Assembly: GCA_964649285.1 (NCBI GenBank)
Contig: CAZYOX010000003.1
Location: 1-35,292 of the forward strand
Source of the DNA: an uncultured Bryobacterales bacterium
GTDB lineage: Bacteria > Acidobacteriota > Terriglobia > Bryobacterales > UBA6623
Reading direction: 5' to 3'
DNA: 35,292 bases
Shown: positions 16,623 through 25,973 of the stretch, in pieces
Numbering within the stretch: position 1 is the stretch's first letter
Layout of the letters: every line of letters begins with the position of its first letter
Notes under the pieces: generated by a model
Seen by the model: only the letters and a program-made list of their open reading frames with translations
Told to the model about the DNA's origin: nothing
Database searches by the model: none
Program-made: the position numbers and the translations under genes

Positions 16623-17606
16623 ATGAATCGGACTGGGTCTTTACTTGGTCTTGCGTCCCTTGGTGTCGCTCTTTCTTTCGCTCTGGGTTGCAGCTCGACC
16701 GAGCCGGCGCCGGAAGCGCCGCCGCCTGTAGCTGAAATATCGCCGGTCGAGCGGGGCCAATACCTCGTCACTGCTGTGGCAGCGTGCTTCTATTGCCACT
16801 CCGAGCAAGATTGGAGCGGAGAGGAGCCGACGATCGTCGCGGGCAGACAAGGAGCCGGTGCGCTGTTCCCGGACGAAAGCGTACCGGGCAAGCTTTACGC
16901 ACCCAACATCACGCCGGACAACGAGACCGGCATTGGCGCCGCGACCGATGAGCAGCTAGACAAGGCGATCCGCGAAGGCATCGGTCTCGATGGCCGGCGG
17001 CTATTTCCCGCCATGCCCAACTTCAGCAAGATGTCCGACGAAGACGTTGCCGCGGTCATCGCCTATTTGCGTTCGCAGCCGGCGGTGAGCAACAAGGTCC
17101 CGGCGCGGGAGTTCCCTGAGCCTGTATTGGCGGGTTTGCCTCCATCGTGGCCGATCTCGCGGCCGGTCCAAGGCCCGGCGGCGGGCGAGGAGCCGAGCGT
17201 GGAATACGGCCAATACCTGGTTTCCCTTGCCGATTGCGGCGGCTGTCACACGGCGATGAACGAGAAGGGCCAGCCGCGCATGGACATGGCCTTCGGCGGC
17301 GGTTTCCATCTCAAAGGGCCGTGGGGCGAAGTCGTGTCGCCGAACATCACGTTCGATGCTAGCGGCATCGAATACTACGACGAGGCATTGTTTAAGAAGG
17401 TGATGACGACCGGCGACCCTGGCGCGCGTCGCTTGAACAAGCTCATGCCGGTACACATTTTCCGCAACATGACCGACCAAGACATCTCGTCGATTTTCCT
17501 TGCCCTTAAGAGCCTGCCGCACGTAAAACATCGCGTCGACAACACCGAAGACCCGACGCCGTGCAAGACCTGCGGGGCCAGGCACGGCTTAGGCGATTCT
17601 AACTAG
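16623..17606 (+). CDS. Dihaem c-type cytochrome lipoprotein
   Basis: MNRTGSLLGLASLGVALSFALGCSS (lipobox). Two CxxCH motifs: CFYCHS and CGGCHT. The track start at 16548 is an upstream extension. Confidence 0.8.
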   Translation: MNRTGSLLGLASLGVALSFALGCSSTEPAPEAPPPVAEISPVERGQYLVTAVAACFYCHSEQDWSGEEPTIVAGRQGAGALFPDESVPGKLYAPNITPDNETGIGAATDEQLDKAIREGIGLDGRRLFPAMPNFSKMSDEDVAAVIAYLRSQPAVSNKVPAREFPEPVLAGLPPSWPISRPVQGPAAGEEPSVEYGQYLVSLADCGGCHTAMNEKGQPRMDMAFGGGFHLKGPWGEVVSPNITFDASGIEYYDEALFKKVMTTGDPGARRLNKLMPVHIFRNMTDQDISSIFLALKSLPHVKHRVDNTEDPTPCKTCGARHGLGDSN

Positions 17607-17665
17607 ACTGGTTAGCCGGTCGCCGGAGGAGCGTCCAATGGCAGTCGTTGGTATGCTCGGAACGA

Positions 17666-17866
17666 ATGCTTGAGGTAACGCTCTACACCCGGCCGCGCTG
17701 CGGCCTGTGCGAAAAGATGAAGGCGGAGTTGATCAAACGCGGCTACCGCCTGCGCGAAGTCAACGTCGACAGCGACCCGAAACTTAAGCAGGCCTATGGG
17801 TCGGACGTTCCGGTAGCCGTTCTTCCCGACGGAACGCTGCTGGCCAAGCACCGTCTGGAACCTTGA
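17666..17866 (+). CDS. Glutaredoxin-like small thioredoxin-fold protein (DUF836-type)
   Basis: MLEVTLYTRPRCGLCEKMK (CxxC) ... DVPVAVLPDG. ATG 17666 preferred over the track's TTG 17648. Confidence 0.7.
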   Translation: MLEVTLYTRPRCGLCEKMKAELIKRGYRLREVNVDSDPKLKQAYGSDVPVAVLPDGTLLAKHRLEP

Positions 17867-17867
17867 G

Positions 17868-18629
17868 ATGCGCTTGCTTGCTGCTGCCTCCTTATCGCTT
17901 GGCCTGTGTGCATCGGCCTTGGCCTGGGGCCCAACCGGTCACCGCGCGGTTGGCCACATTGCCGAGCAGCGACTGAACGCGAAGGCGCAGCAGGCGGTGC
18001 GCGGTCTGCTCGGAGATGAGCCGCTGGCTGAGGCGTCGCTGTGGGCCGACGAGATTCGTTCCGAATCCCAATGGCAAGTTTCGTCCCCATGGCACTACGT
18101 CAATATTCCCGACGGCCAAGTCTACGATCGCACTCGCCGTGATCCAGGCGGCGACGTGATTGAAGCGCTGGAGCGGTTTGTCGCCGTGCTGCGGTATGGA
18201 GCGTCCTCTCGCGAAGACAAGATCGCGGCTCTAAAGTTCATCGCCCACTTCATCGGCGACATCCACCAACCTCTGCACGTGGGTCGGGCTTCTGACCGCG
18301 GCGGGAACGAGGTTCGCCTCAGTTGGTTCGGCGAACCGTCGAACCTGCATCGAGTCTGGGATTCGGGCGTGATCTCGCGGCGCCGGCTCACTCCCGGCAG
18401 TCTTGCCCAAGCGTTGAAGTCTCGCCCGGCGGATGAAGTCGAAGCATGGCGCCAGGACGGTCCGATGACTTGGGCCGCGGAATCGATGACGCTGCGGCCG
18501 CTCGTTTACGACATGCCGGGCACAGGCCTGGGCCGCGAATATTTGCGCAAGGCGGGGCCCGTAGTCGAAGAGAGGCTGTTGCAAGCAGGCGTTCGGCTGG
18601 CGGCCTTGCTCGACGCCATTTTTGAATAG
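17868..18629 (+). CDS. S1/P1-family zinc nuclease, secreted
   Basis: Signal peptide, then mature N-terminus WGPTGHRAVGHIA. WADEIR, WHYVNIP, HFIGDIHQPLHVG, GGN, NLHRVWDSG. Confidence 0.85.
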   Translation: MRLLAAASLSLGLCASALAWGPTGHRAVGHIAEQRLNAKAQQAVRGLLGDEPLAEASLWADEIRSESQWQVSSPWHYVNIPDGQVYDRTRRDPGGDVIEALERFVAVLRYGASSREDKIAALKFIAHFIGDIHQPLHVGRASDRGGNEVRLSWFGEPSNLHRVWDSGVISRRRLTPGSLAQALKSRPADEVEAWRQDGPMTWAAESMTLRPLVYDMPGTGLGREYLRKAGPVVEERLLQAGVRLAALLDAIFE

Positions 18630-18655
18630 GGCGCTATCCTGATCGGCAGCCCCTC

Positions 18656-19780
18656 GTGAAGCCGCGTCCCTATCTGCCGCATCTGTTGCGCGTTAAAGCC
18701 AAGAGCGCCTTTGGCCGCCGCGTTTCGCCGCCCTTCGTCACCCTTTACGTCACCACGCGCTGTGATGAAAAATGCGTCCACTGTTTCTACTGGGATCAAC
18801 TCAATCCCAAGCCTAACCGCGACTTCACGTTCGAGGAATTCGAGCGAACGCTAAGCTCGATGGGCGAAATCTACAACTTGTTCCTCGGCGGCGGAGAGCC
18901 CTTTCTGCGAGCCGATCTCGGCGACATCGTGTTGGCCGCGGCGCGGTTGAACGACGTCGCGAACATTTACACGCCCACGAACGGCCAGCACACGGAGCGC
19001 GTCATCGAGACGCTAGAAAGGGTGCTGCCTGCCGCGCCGCGTCTGCGATTTCATCTCAACCTGAGCGTCGATCACATTGATCCGCAGGAGTACGACCGCA
19101 TTCGGGGCAGGGAAGGCGCGTGGCGCCGGATGCTGCGGACCGCTGAGGCGATCCGGCCGTTACGCCAACGCTTTCCGAATCTGATCGTGCACACGCTGAC
19201 GACCGTGATGCGCGACAACCAGCGGCAGATTCTCGACATTCACGAAGGGCTGAAGCGCACGTTCGAGCCGGATGGAACTTCTTATAACTGGTGCCGCGGC
19301 CATCCGCTGGACCCTAGTCAAACCGAAGTAGATCCCGAGTCCTATCGGCAATTGCGCGAGCGTCTGCAACGCGACTGGGCCGACGGCGTGCTCGTGCCTT
19401 CAGGCCCTTCGGCGTATTCCAGCGCTAACCATCTGCTCGATCAGCGCATCCGCCAAACGGTCGAGCGAACGGTCGTCGAACAGAAGGCGCAATTCTCGTG
19501 TGTCTCCGGTCGCCTAGCGGCGGTGATCTACTCCCATGGCGACGTGGTCGAGTGTGAGATCAAGAACTCGATCATCGGCAATCTGCGCGACGTGGACTAC
19601 GACTTCAGCAAGCTGTGGTTCTCCGGCAAAGCTCAAGAAACCGCCGCCGAAGCCGCCAACGGATGCTTCTGCACGCACGAGTGCGGGCACTATTCCTCGA
19701 CGATCTACAGCTTGAAAGAGACGGTCAAGATCGGCATCAAAGCCGCTACTTCGCGTAAGGGTGACCGCCCAGGATCGTGA
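18656..19780 (+). CDS. Radical SAM enzyme with C-terminal SPASM/twitch-like auxiliary cluster domain
   Basis: CDEKCVHCFYW (CxxxCxxC), GGGEPFL. C-terminal CVSGRLAAVIYSHGDVVEC (C-x12-G-x4-C) and GCFCTHECGH. GTG start. Confidence 0.75.
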   Translation: MKPRPYLPHLLRVKAKSAFGRRVSPPFVTLYVTTRCDEKCVHCFYWDQLNPKPNRDFTFEEFERTLSSMGEIYNLFLGGGEPFLRADLGDIVLAAARLNDVANIYTPTNGQHTERVIETLERVLPAAPRLRFHLNLSVDHIDPQEYDRIRGREGAWRRMLRTAEAIRPLRQRFPNLIVHTLTTVMRDNQRQILDIHEGLKRTFEPDGTSYNWCRGHPLDPSQTEVDPESYRQLRERLQRDWADGVLVPSGPSAYSSANHLLDQRIRQTVERTVVEQKAQFSCVSGRLAAVIYSHGDVVECEIKNSIIGNLRDVDYDFSKLWFSGKAQETAAEAANGCFCTHECGHYSSTIYSLKETVKIGIKAATSRKGDRPGS

Positions 19781-20150
19781 ACGCGCGGTATAACTGCTCA
19801 AGCAAGATCACGCGCGCCAACTCGTGCGGCAGCGTCATCTTCGAGAGAGACAGCAGCCGGTCCGCTGACTTCTTGAACTTGGTCGAGAAGCCTTCGGCGC
19901 CTCCGATGTAGAATGCCACATCCTGTCCAGCGGACTCCAACAGACGAGCCAGTTGCTCCGATGACAGCGATTCGCCCCCGGGATCGAGCGCGACATGCAG
20001 GGTCTTGGGGTTGTCTGCCAGGGACGCTTCGGCCTTGAGTTCGGTCATCTCGAAACGGCAATAGCGCCCGAGGCGTTTGACGTATTCCGCGCCGGCCTCG
20101 TTGAGAGGGCGGCTGCGCGGCTTGCCGATGTAGAAGACTTGAAGCTTCAA
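19746..20150 (-). CDS. rlmH: 23S rRNA (pseudouridine1915-N3)-methyltransferase
   Basis: SPOUT pattern: MKLQVFYIGK..., LDPGGESLSSEQLA, FYIGGAEGF, LSLSKMTLPHELARVILLEQLYRA. Confidence 0.85.
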   Translation of the reverse strand: MKLQVFYIGKPRSRPLNEAGAEYVKRLGRYCRFEMTELKAEASLADNPKTLHVALDPGGESLSSEQLARLLESAGQDVAFYIGGAEGFSTKFKKSADRLLSLSKMTLPHELARVILLEQLYRAFTILGGHPYAK

Positions 20151-20159
20151 GCTGCAGCC

Positions 20160-20516
20160 TCAGGCCGCTTCCGAAACCGCCGTGCGCGGCGCATTGCTCC
20201 ACAGCCGTTCCAGGTCATAGAATCCTCGTTTCTCCGGCGTGAAGATATGCACTAAGAAATCGCCGTAGTCCATCAGGACCCATTCGCCCTGGTTCAACCC
20301 TTCGATGCCCAAAGGGCGCAGCCCGCGCTCGCGCAGGGCGTCGCGGATCCCTTCCGCGATGGCCTGAGTCTGGCGCGTGGTAGTTCCTGTCGCGACCACA
20401 AAGTGTCCCGTCAGCGAACTGACCTTGCCGATGTCGAGGAGGATAACGTTTTCGGCCTTCTTCTCGAGGGCCGCTTGGGCCGCCGCTTCCCAATCTTGCA
20501 TAGTTAGAAAATTCAA
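20160..20516 (-). CDS. rsfS: Ribosome silencing factor
   Basis: KKAENVILLDIGKVSSLTGHFVVATGTTTRQTQAIA...GEWVLMDYGDFLVHIFTPEKRGFYDLERLW. Confidence 0.9.
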   Translation of the reverse strand: MNFLTMQDWEAAAQAALEKKAENVILLDIGKVSSLTGHFVVATGTTTRQTQAIAEGIRDALRERGLRPLGIEGLNQGEWVLMDYGDFLVHIFTPEKRGFYDLERLWSNAPRTAVSEAA

Positions 20517-20576
20517 GCGCGGCGCGGTCGCTGGACGCGACCGGGCGGCGTTCCCTCATCTTACAATGATGTCCGG

Positions 20577-21446
20577 ATGCGCAAATGTTGCAGGGCGGCG
20601 ACAGTTTGGTTGTTGTTCGGCGCGTCCCTGCTCGCGCAGAGCGTCGAAGCCCCCTCGCCAACTAGTCCGGAGATCGAACGGCTCCGCGCGCTGGTCGAAG
20701 CGGGAGCCATCCCTCGCGCCCAATTAGTCAAAGCCCAACAGGAGGCCGAGCTGGCGCGGCTCGACGAAATGGTCCGGCGCTTACTGCAACAGCCGGAACT
20801 ATTGCCCGATCAGACGACTGAGCTGGTGCGCGGCGCCTCAGAATTGCAAAGGGCGGAATACGAAGCGTTCAAGCGGCAGCAGAACCTCGTCTCGGCCGGG
20901 GCCATGCCGCCGAATAGCCTGTCCGCTTTTCGTGACAGGCTGGCCTTCGTCGACAAGCAGTTGGAGCTGGCCCTGGCTCGCGCCCGGCTCGTCGAAGAGA
21001 AAGCCCGAATCGTTTCCGCTGAGGGCCGCCTAGATGAATTGATCGATGAAGAGCTGGCGATTTGGTCCGAAGGCGATCCGAGCCAATGGGACGCCGACAT
21101 TCTCGAAATCGATGCGATGTATTTCGCAGAGTTCGGCCAAGGGCTGCCGATCAGCGCCGCTGGCAGCACCAACTTTCACGTCACCATGGGCTTCGATCAC
21201 ACCGGCCGCTACGATGTGGCCGTACACCCGGACGAGTTCGAAGGCCGTTTCTTAATGTCGTTGCTCGAAGAATGGAATATCCCCTACATCGCCTTTCGCA
21301 GCGCCGTGCCGGGCCAAGCCACCGGCCCGCACATACACATCGGCCCGCCAAGCGTGAGAATCGACCCCGAGGCAGCGGCCGCAATGCTAAAAGAGCTGGA
21401 TGAACTGCTCGCGACGCAACCGCCGACGCCCGCTCCCCAGCCCTAG
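20577..21446 (+). CDS. Secreted coiled-coil protein with possible degenerate LytM/M23-like C-terminal motif
   Basis: Signal peptide MRKCCRAATVWLLFGASLLAQS. About 150 aa of heptad-like Ala/Glu/Leu/Arg-rich sequence. C-terminal FDHTGRYDVAV and QATGPHIHIG resemble the HxxxD and TGPHLHFE elements of M23. Confidence 0.4.
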   Translation: MRKCCRAATVWLLFGASLLAQSVEAPSPTSPEIERLRALVEAGAIPRAQLVKAQQEAELARLDEMVRRLLQQPELLPDQTTELVRGASELQRAEYEAFKRQQNLVSAGAMPPNSLSAFRDRLAFVDKQLELALARARLVEEKARIVSAEGRLDELIDEELAIWSEGDPSQWDADILEIDAMYFAEFGQGLPISAAGSTNFHVTMGFDHTGRYDVAVHPDEFEGRFLMSLLEEWNIPYIAFRSAVPGQATGPHIHIGPPSVRIDPEAAAAMLKELDELLATQPPTPAPQP

Positions 21447-21452
21447 CGGCCA

Positions 21453-21872
21453 TCAGTCCGAGAGCAGATGCACCGCGACCGTTCTGCGATGGGGACGGCG
21501 GCGATGCTCGAAGACGTAGATGCCCTGCCACGTACCCAGCATGAGGTCACCCTGATTCACCGGGATGCTGAGATGCGTCTGCGTGAGCGCTGTTCGGACG
21601 TGCGCCGGCATGTCGTCAGGACCCTCCGCCGTGTGAATGTAGAGCGGGTCATTCTCCGGAACCAAACGAGAAAAATAGGCTTCCAGGTCGCGCGTGACGT
21701 CCGGATCGGCGTTCTCTTGGATGGTCAGCGAAGCAGACGTGTGGCGAATGAACAGCGTCAGCAAACCATTGCCTGCGCCGTTCCCGCGAACCCAACGCTC
21801 GACTTCACGCGTGAACTCATAAAGCCCCTTGCCCTGCGTTTGGACGTTGATCTGACCTACGAACTGCCGCAT
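21453..21872 (-). CDS. YjbQ/UPF0047-family protein (secondary thiamine-phosphate synthase enzyme)
   Basis: LLTLFIRHTSASLTIQENADPDVTRDL, GPDDMPAHVR, LGTWQGIYVFEH. Confidence 0.85.
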   Translation of the reverse strand: MRQFVGQINVQTQGKGLYEFTREVERWVRGNGAGNGLLTLFIRHTSASLTIQENADPDVTRDLEAYFSRLVPENDPLYIHTAEGPDDMPAHVRTALTQTHLSIPVNQGDLMLGTWQGIYVFEHRRRPHRRTVAVHLLSD

Positions 21873-21912
21873 CGGGAAGTGTTCATGCTAGCATCCGAGC
21901 TCGTTAGCCATT

Positions 21913-22272
21913 ATGCGATTCGACCGAGTGCGAGACTACCTGCTCAGCCTTCCCGGAACGGCTGAAGACTTCCCCTTCGGGCCCGAACACATGGTGTTCC
22001 GCGTGGGCGGCAAGATCTTCGCGATCTTGGCCTATGAAGAGACGCCGGCGCGGGTCAACCTCAAGTGTGAACCATCCCGCGCGCTGGAATTGCGCGAGTC
22101 TTTCGCTTCCGTCATTCCCGGCTATCACATGAACAAGAAACACTGGAACACCGTGATCTTGGACGGCGAGTTGTCGCCGCGGCAGTTGGAGGAATTGATG
22201 GATCACTCCCACCGACTGATCGTCGCGAGCCTTTCCAAAAAAGATCAGGAACTGATGCGGAAAAAAGCGTAA
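21913..22272 (+). CDS. MmcQ/YjbR-family DNA-binding protein
   Basis: LPGTAEDFPFGPEHMVFRVGGKIFA, VNLKCEP, GYHMNKKHWNTV. Confidence 0.8.
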   Translation: MRFDRVRDYLLSLPGTAEDFPFGPEHMVFRVGGKIFAILAYEETPARVNLKCEPSRALELRESFASVIPGYHMNKKHWNTVILDGELSPRQLEELMDHSHRLIVASLSKKDQELMRKKA

Positions 22273-22274
22273 CG

Positions 22275-24611
22275 CTAGTTAGCGGCCGCTCTCTTGCGTG
22301 TGACGACGTCCGCGTAGTGCTCGTGCAGACTGCGCGTAATGGTTGCGCTATCCCAGTTGGCTTCGACTTCCAACCGTGCTGCTCGAGCCATCTTTTGAGC
22401 GTCCTCTGGATTCTCCAGTAAATGCAATACCCTGGCGGCAAAAGGTTGCGCGCCCTCGGCGAGCGCCGCAATTACCGCCTTCGTTTCGGTAAGCCCCTCA
22501 GCTCCGAGCGGCGTGGAAACCACAGGAATCCCCGCAGCGAACGCCTCGAGAAGCTTCACACGCACTCCCGACCCGGTCAGGATCGGGGCAAGGAACACGC
22601 TGTAACGCGATAGAGATTCGCGGATGTCCGCGACTTCGCCGACGAATTCGATGCTCGGACCGGCGATGGAGTCCGCGAACGCTTGCGTTGCTTGTGCGCC
22701 CACAACCAACAAACGTGTCTGGCGCCGTTTCTCTAGAATCGTCGGCAGCACCTCGCGGACGAACCAAGTCAGAGCTTCTTGATTCGGCGGATGCCGGAAG
22801 TTGCCCACAAAGAGCAACGTGTTGCTCTCTCGTCCCGAGTCGACATAGCGGTAGCGCTGCACGTCGATCCCCGCACGCAGTCCTTCATAGAGCGGAGGAG
22901 ACTCGCTCAGATACGACTCGAGGAACCGCCGGTTCGCCGTCGTGCAGAGGTGCACCTCGTCAAAACGTTGAATCGCGTGCCGCTCAAACCGCAGTGCCCG
23001 CAAGTACTCGTAAAACCGCTTCCAGCGCAGCGACGAACTCGTCTCGCCCGCAATGCCTCGCCAGACCGACTGGAAGTACACGTCATGTTCGAATAGGAAG
23101 CTGCCGATCCTCTTGAACTCGGGAGCATAAATTGCCAGCTGCGTATACTCCAACTGCAAGACGTCGATTTCTTTCTGGTAGATCTCCTTGTGCAAGTTCC
23201 ATTCAAACTCCGGATGCCAGAAATGTTGCACGGCATAGGGCAAGAGAACGCTTCTCGAGTGGGAATGATCTTTCCAACGAGCGATGATCCGGGCGCTGGC
23301 GCAGCGCGATCCGAATTCGATATTTGACGGCCGCTCTTCGGGTTCGTCCACTAGGCACAACAAATGGAGACGGCACAGTTCGTTTAGCCGCTGCACGGTC
23401 TCGTGCATGAAAACCGCTCCCCCATGGATGGGCGGGGAAATCGAATAAGGCGAAACGAACAGAACATTCAGATCCTGCGGACTTGTTTCCATCGGCGCGA
23501 AACAGTCGCGGAAATAGCCGCCAAGCGGCCGTCTCAGCGCTTCCGTGTCGCTGATCACCGCAAGCCGGTGAGCCCTCATTCGCGACCGGCAGGCGCCAAG
23601 CGTTCGTCCGGCCGCTGATAGAAATGCGCGCGGGCTCGGCCTCATTGGTCCTGGCCCGGCGAGGCAACAGGCGACCATGGCCAACCATGTCCAGAACAGA
23701 TGGCTGACGAGCCGGCCCGGCTCGTGGATGTTCTTCCATAAAAAGAGCAGATGGTTCTGGTGAACGATGCGCTGGATGTCGTCCTGGCTGAAGTGCTTGC
23801 CGATCGTTCCGCGGTGCTCGTGGTAGACGATGCTTCGGCCGGCATAGAGAACCTTCCAGCCGCGCTTCCAGGCAAGATAACTGACGTCGACGTCCTCCAT
23901 GTAGAAGGGCCGCAACAACTCGTCAAATCCGCCGATTTCGAGGAACTTGCGGCGGTCGTAAGCGGTCGATCCGCCTCCTGCATAGAAAATCGGAAACGGG
24001 CGATCGATCGAATCGTCCAGCACGTGTCCTAGCGCCAGGCGTCCCTGCGTCCAACGCGCGGCGGTTACTCCGGTTTCTTCCCGTCGTTTGTTGGGATCCG
24101 AGAATAGAATTTGCGCCGACACGCCGAATACTTTTGGATCGTCGAAAGGCTCGAGCAGCGGCTCAAGAAAGTCCTTCTCGACCCGCATGTCGTTATTAAG
24201 CAAGACAACCACGTCGCTAGCGGCCGCCTCAAAACCGGAGTTGGAACCTCCTCCGAAACCCAGATTGCGCTTGTGCTCTAGCACGCGTACGAGCGGATAT
24301 CGCTTTTTCAAAAATCCTGGCGTGCCGTCGCCGGATCCGTTGTCGACAACGATGATCTCGCTCCCCGGATAATCCTCTAGAGCCGCAATGACCGAGCTCA
24401 AGTTGGCCTCCAAGTGATGCCGTCCATTCCAGGTCGGGATCACCACCGTAACCGCCGTTCGGTCTACCGGGCGGTCAACCGGCGGACGCTTGGATGCGAA
24501 CAGAGATGCCAAATCAGTCAGCCACAGGCAGACCAGCTCGCAAGCCAGTAGAACCGGGGCGACCGTCAGTAGGAAGAGCGCTTCCAGCAGCAGTTTGACG
24601 AGCTGCTTCAT
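22275..24611 (-). CDS. Fused bifunctional glycosyltransferase: N-terminal TM anchor + GT2 domain + C-terminal GT4 domain
   Basis: GT2: VTVVIPTWNG, IIVVDNGSGDGT, NLGFGGGSN, YMEDVDVSYLAWKRGWK. GT4: LLFVGNF...LLVVG...VKLLEAFAAGIPVVSTPLGAEGL. The ATG overlaps the wzt stop (ATGA). Confidence 0.85.
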   Translation of the reverse strand: MKQLVKLLLEALFLLTVAPVLLACELVCLWLTDLASLFASKRPPVDRPVDRTAVTVVIPTWNGRHHLEANLSSVIAALEDYPGSEIIVVDNGSGDGTPGFLKKRYPLVRVLEHKRNLGFGGGSNSGFEAAASDVVVLLNNDMRVEKDFLEPLLEPFDDPKVFGVSAQILFSDPNKRREETGVTAARWTQGRLALGHVLDDSIDRPFPIFYAGGGSTAYDRRKFLEIGGFDELLRPFYMEDVDVSYLAWKRGWKVLYAGRSIVYHEHRGTIGKHFSQDDIQRIVHQNHLLFLWKNIHEPGRLVSHLFWTWLAMVACCLAGPGPMRPSPRAFLSAAGRTLGACRSRMRAHRLAVISDTEALRRPLGGYFRDCFAPMETSPQDLNVLFVSPYSISPPIHGGAVFMHETVQRLNELCRLHLLCLVDEPEERPSNIEFGSRCASARIIARWKDHSHSRSVLLPYAVQHFWHPEFEWNLHKEIYQKEIDVLQLEYTQLAIYAPEFKRIGSFLFEHDVYFQSVWRGIAGETSSSLRWKRFYEYLRALRFERHAIQRFDEVHLCTTANRRFLESYLSESPPLYEGLRAGIDVQRYRYVDSGRESNTLLFVGNFRHPPNQEALTWFVREVLPTILEKRRQTRLLVVGAQATQAFADSIAGPSIEFVGEVADIRESLSRYSVFLAPILTGSGVRVKLLEAFAAGIPVVSTPLGAEGLTETKAVIAALAEGAQPFAARVLHLLENPEDAQKMARAARLEVEANWDSATITRSLHEHYADVVTRKRAAAN

Positions 24612-25906
24612 CCTTGGACTGCCGGACCAGCGCCCAAACGGCTATTCACGCGAATCTCACACGGCAAATGCAGATAGCCGTAAACCGGCTTGCCCTCGTG
24701 GGCCATCTCAAGGGCCAGGGCATTCTCCACCCAGTCACACATCGCATACTGGAAGTGATCGCCGTTGGCGATAGCCGGAGAGAACGAAAAGTACCCCGGA
24801 TAAAGCTCAGGCAACCGCAAGTGGAAGTCGACCGTCGCGATATCGCCGGGCTGCATCGGCTCTAGCCGCACCTCTTCGCGGTCCGTATTCGTGCCTGCGA
24901 AGTCCATGCCCAGGTGATTGCGCATCATGAACCCAACGTTCGGGCGCTCGATCGGCCGCTTGGCGCGGACGCTGATGCGGATCACTAACAATCGATTAGG
25001 CTCGAGCATCGGCATGATGGCTCCGTGCTCATCGAGCGCCGCGATGCCGATGACCTCAGCATCGCCATTGCCGTGGCGGTGATCGACGTTGGGGATTGTC
25101 TCGACGATTTCCGGAGCCATCAGCGTCTCCCGAACGGCGTCGGCCGGTTCGGACCGCGCAGCCCGGTACCCCACGTCCTTCTCGTTCATGCGCGCCAGGT
25201 AGTTGCGGATCACCACGTCCGGTTTGCCTTTCTCGACCACGCGGCCTTTCTCGAGCCAAAGGCAATCCGTCCCGATCGCCTTGACGTCGGCGGTCGCATG
25301 AGAAACGAATAAGATCGTGACGCCGCGCGAACGCAATTCGTGCACCTTGCGCATGCATCGCTGCCGGAAGTAGAAGTCCCCGACGGCAAGCGCCTCGTCG
25401 ACCAACAGGATCTCCGGGTCGACATTAATAGCCACGGCAAAGGCCAAGCGGACCAGCATGCCCGAGGAATAAGTTTTCACCGGCTGATTGATGAAATCGC
25501 CGATTTCGGCGAACTGTTCGATCTCGCTGTAGCGTCGGCGGACCTCTTGGTTCGAAAGCCCCTGAACCGTTCCCGCCAGGAACACGTTATCGCGCCCAGA
25601 GAACTCCGGGTTGAAGCCTGCCCCCAACTCCAGCAGCGCCGAGACTCTGCCGTTGATTTCTACTTCGCCGCCCGTCGCCGGGAAGATGCCTGCTGCCAGT
25701 TGCAGCGTGGTGCTCTTGCCCGATCCGTTTTCGCCGACGAGGCAAAACACGGCGCCGGGCTCGACCTCAAAGTCGACCTCACGCAGCGCCCAATAGTCCC
25801 TGTGTCTTTTCACCCGATTAAGCGTCACCAATTCCGCCAACCGGTGTACCGGCTTGGCGTAAATCGGATAACTCTTCGAGACACACCGAAAGGAGACCGG
25901 ATTCAA
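24608..25906 (-). CDS. wzt: Polysaccharide ABC exporter ATP-binding protein with C-terminal Wzt_C-like glycan-binding domain
   Basis: Walker A GENGSGKST, signature YSSGMLVRLAFA, Walker B ILLVDEAL. This is followed by about 170 aa of beta-rich C-terminal extension typical of Wzt. Confidence 0.8.
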   Translation of the reverse strand: MNPVSFRCVSKSYPIYAKPVHRLAELVTLNRVKRHRDYWALREVDFEVEPGAVFCLVGENGSGKSTTLQLAAGIFPATGGEVEINGRVSALLELGAGFNPEFSGRDNVFLAGTVQGLSNQEVRRRYSEIEQFAEIGDFINQPVKTYSSGMLVRLAFAVAINVDPEILLVDEALAVGDFYFRQRCMRKVHELRSRGVTILFVSHATADVKAIGTDCLWLEKGRVVEKGKPDVVIRNYLARMNEKDVGYRAARSEPADAVRETLMAPEIVETIPNVDHRHGNGDAEVIGIAALDEHGAIMPMLEPNRLLVIRISVRAKRPIERPNVGFMMRNHLGMDFAGTNTDREEVRLEPMQPGDIATVDFHLRLPELYPGYFSFSPAIANGDHFQYAMCDWVENALALEMAHEGKPVYGYLHLPCEIRVNSRLGAGPAVQG

Positions 25907-25973
25907 TAGTTAAAGGCTCCTCCGCGGATGCTGAGGGCCCCGCGTAAGCCACAAGCGTAACAAAGCGAGCAGG

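Noticed and set aside
18656-19780. Idea that the radical SAM gene is a prokaryotic viperin-like antiviral enzyme paired with the nuclease as a defence system.
   Set aside because: The nuclease is exported (signal peptide). The rSAM has a SPASM/twitch C-terminus rather than a viperin-like C-terminal extension. No kinase or nucleotide-handling partner is present, so there is no sequence support for a defence role.
21885-21894. Perfect 10-bp palindrome ATGCTAGCAT in the 40-nt divergent gap between the YjbQ and YjbR genes.
   Set aside because: It is short enough to occur by chance, and there is no second copy or adjacent regulator gene. It could be an operator, but there is no supporting evidence.
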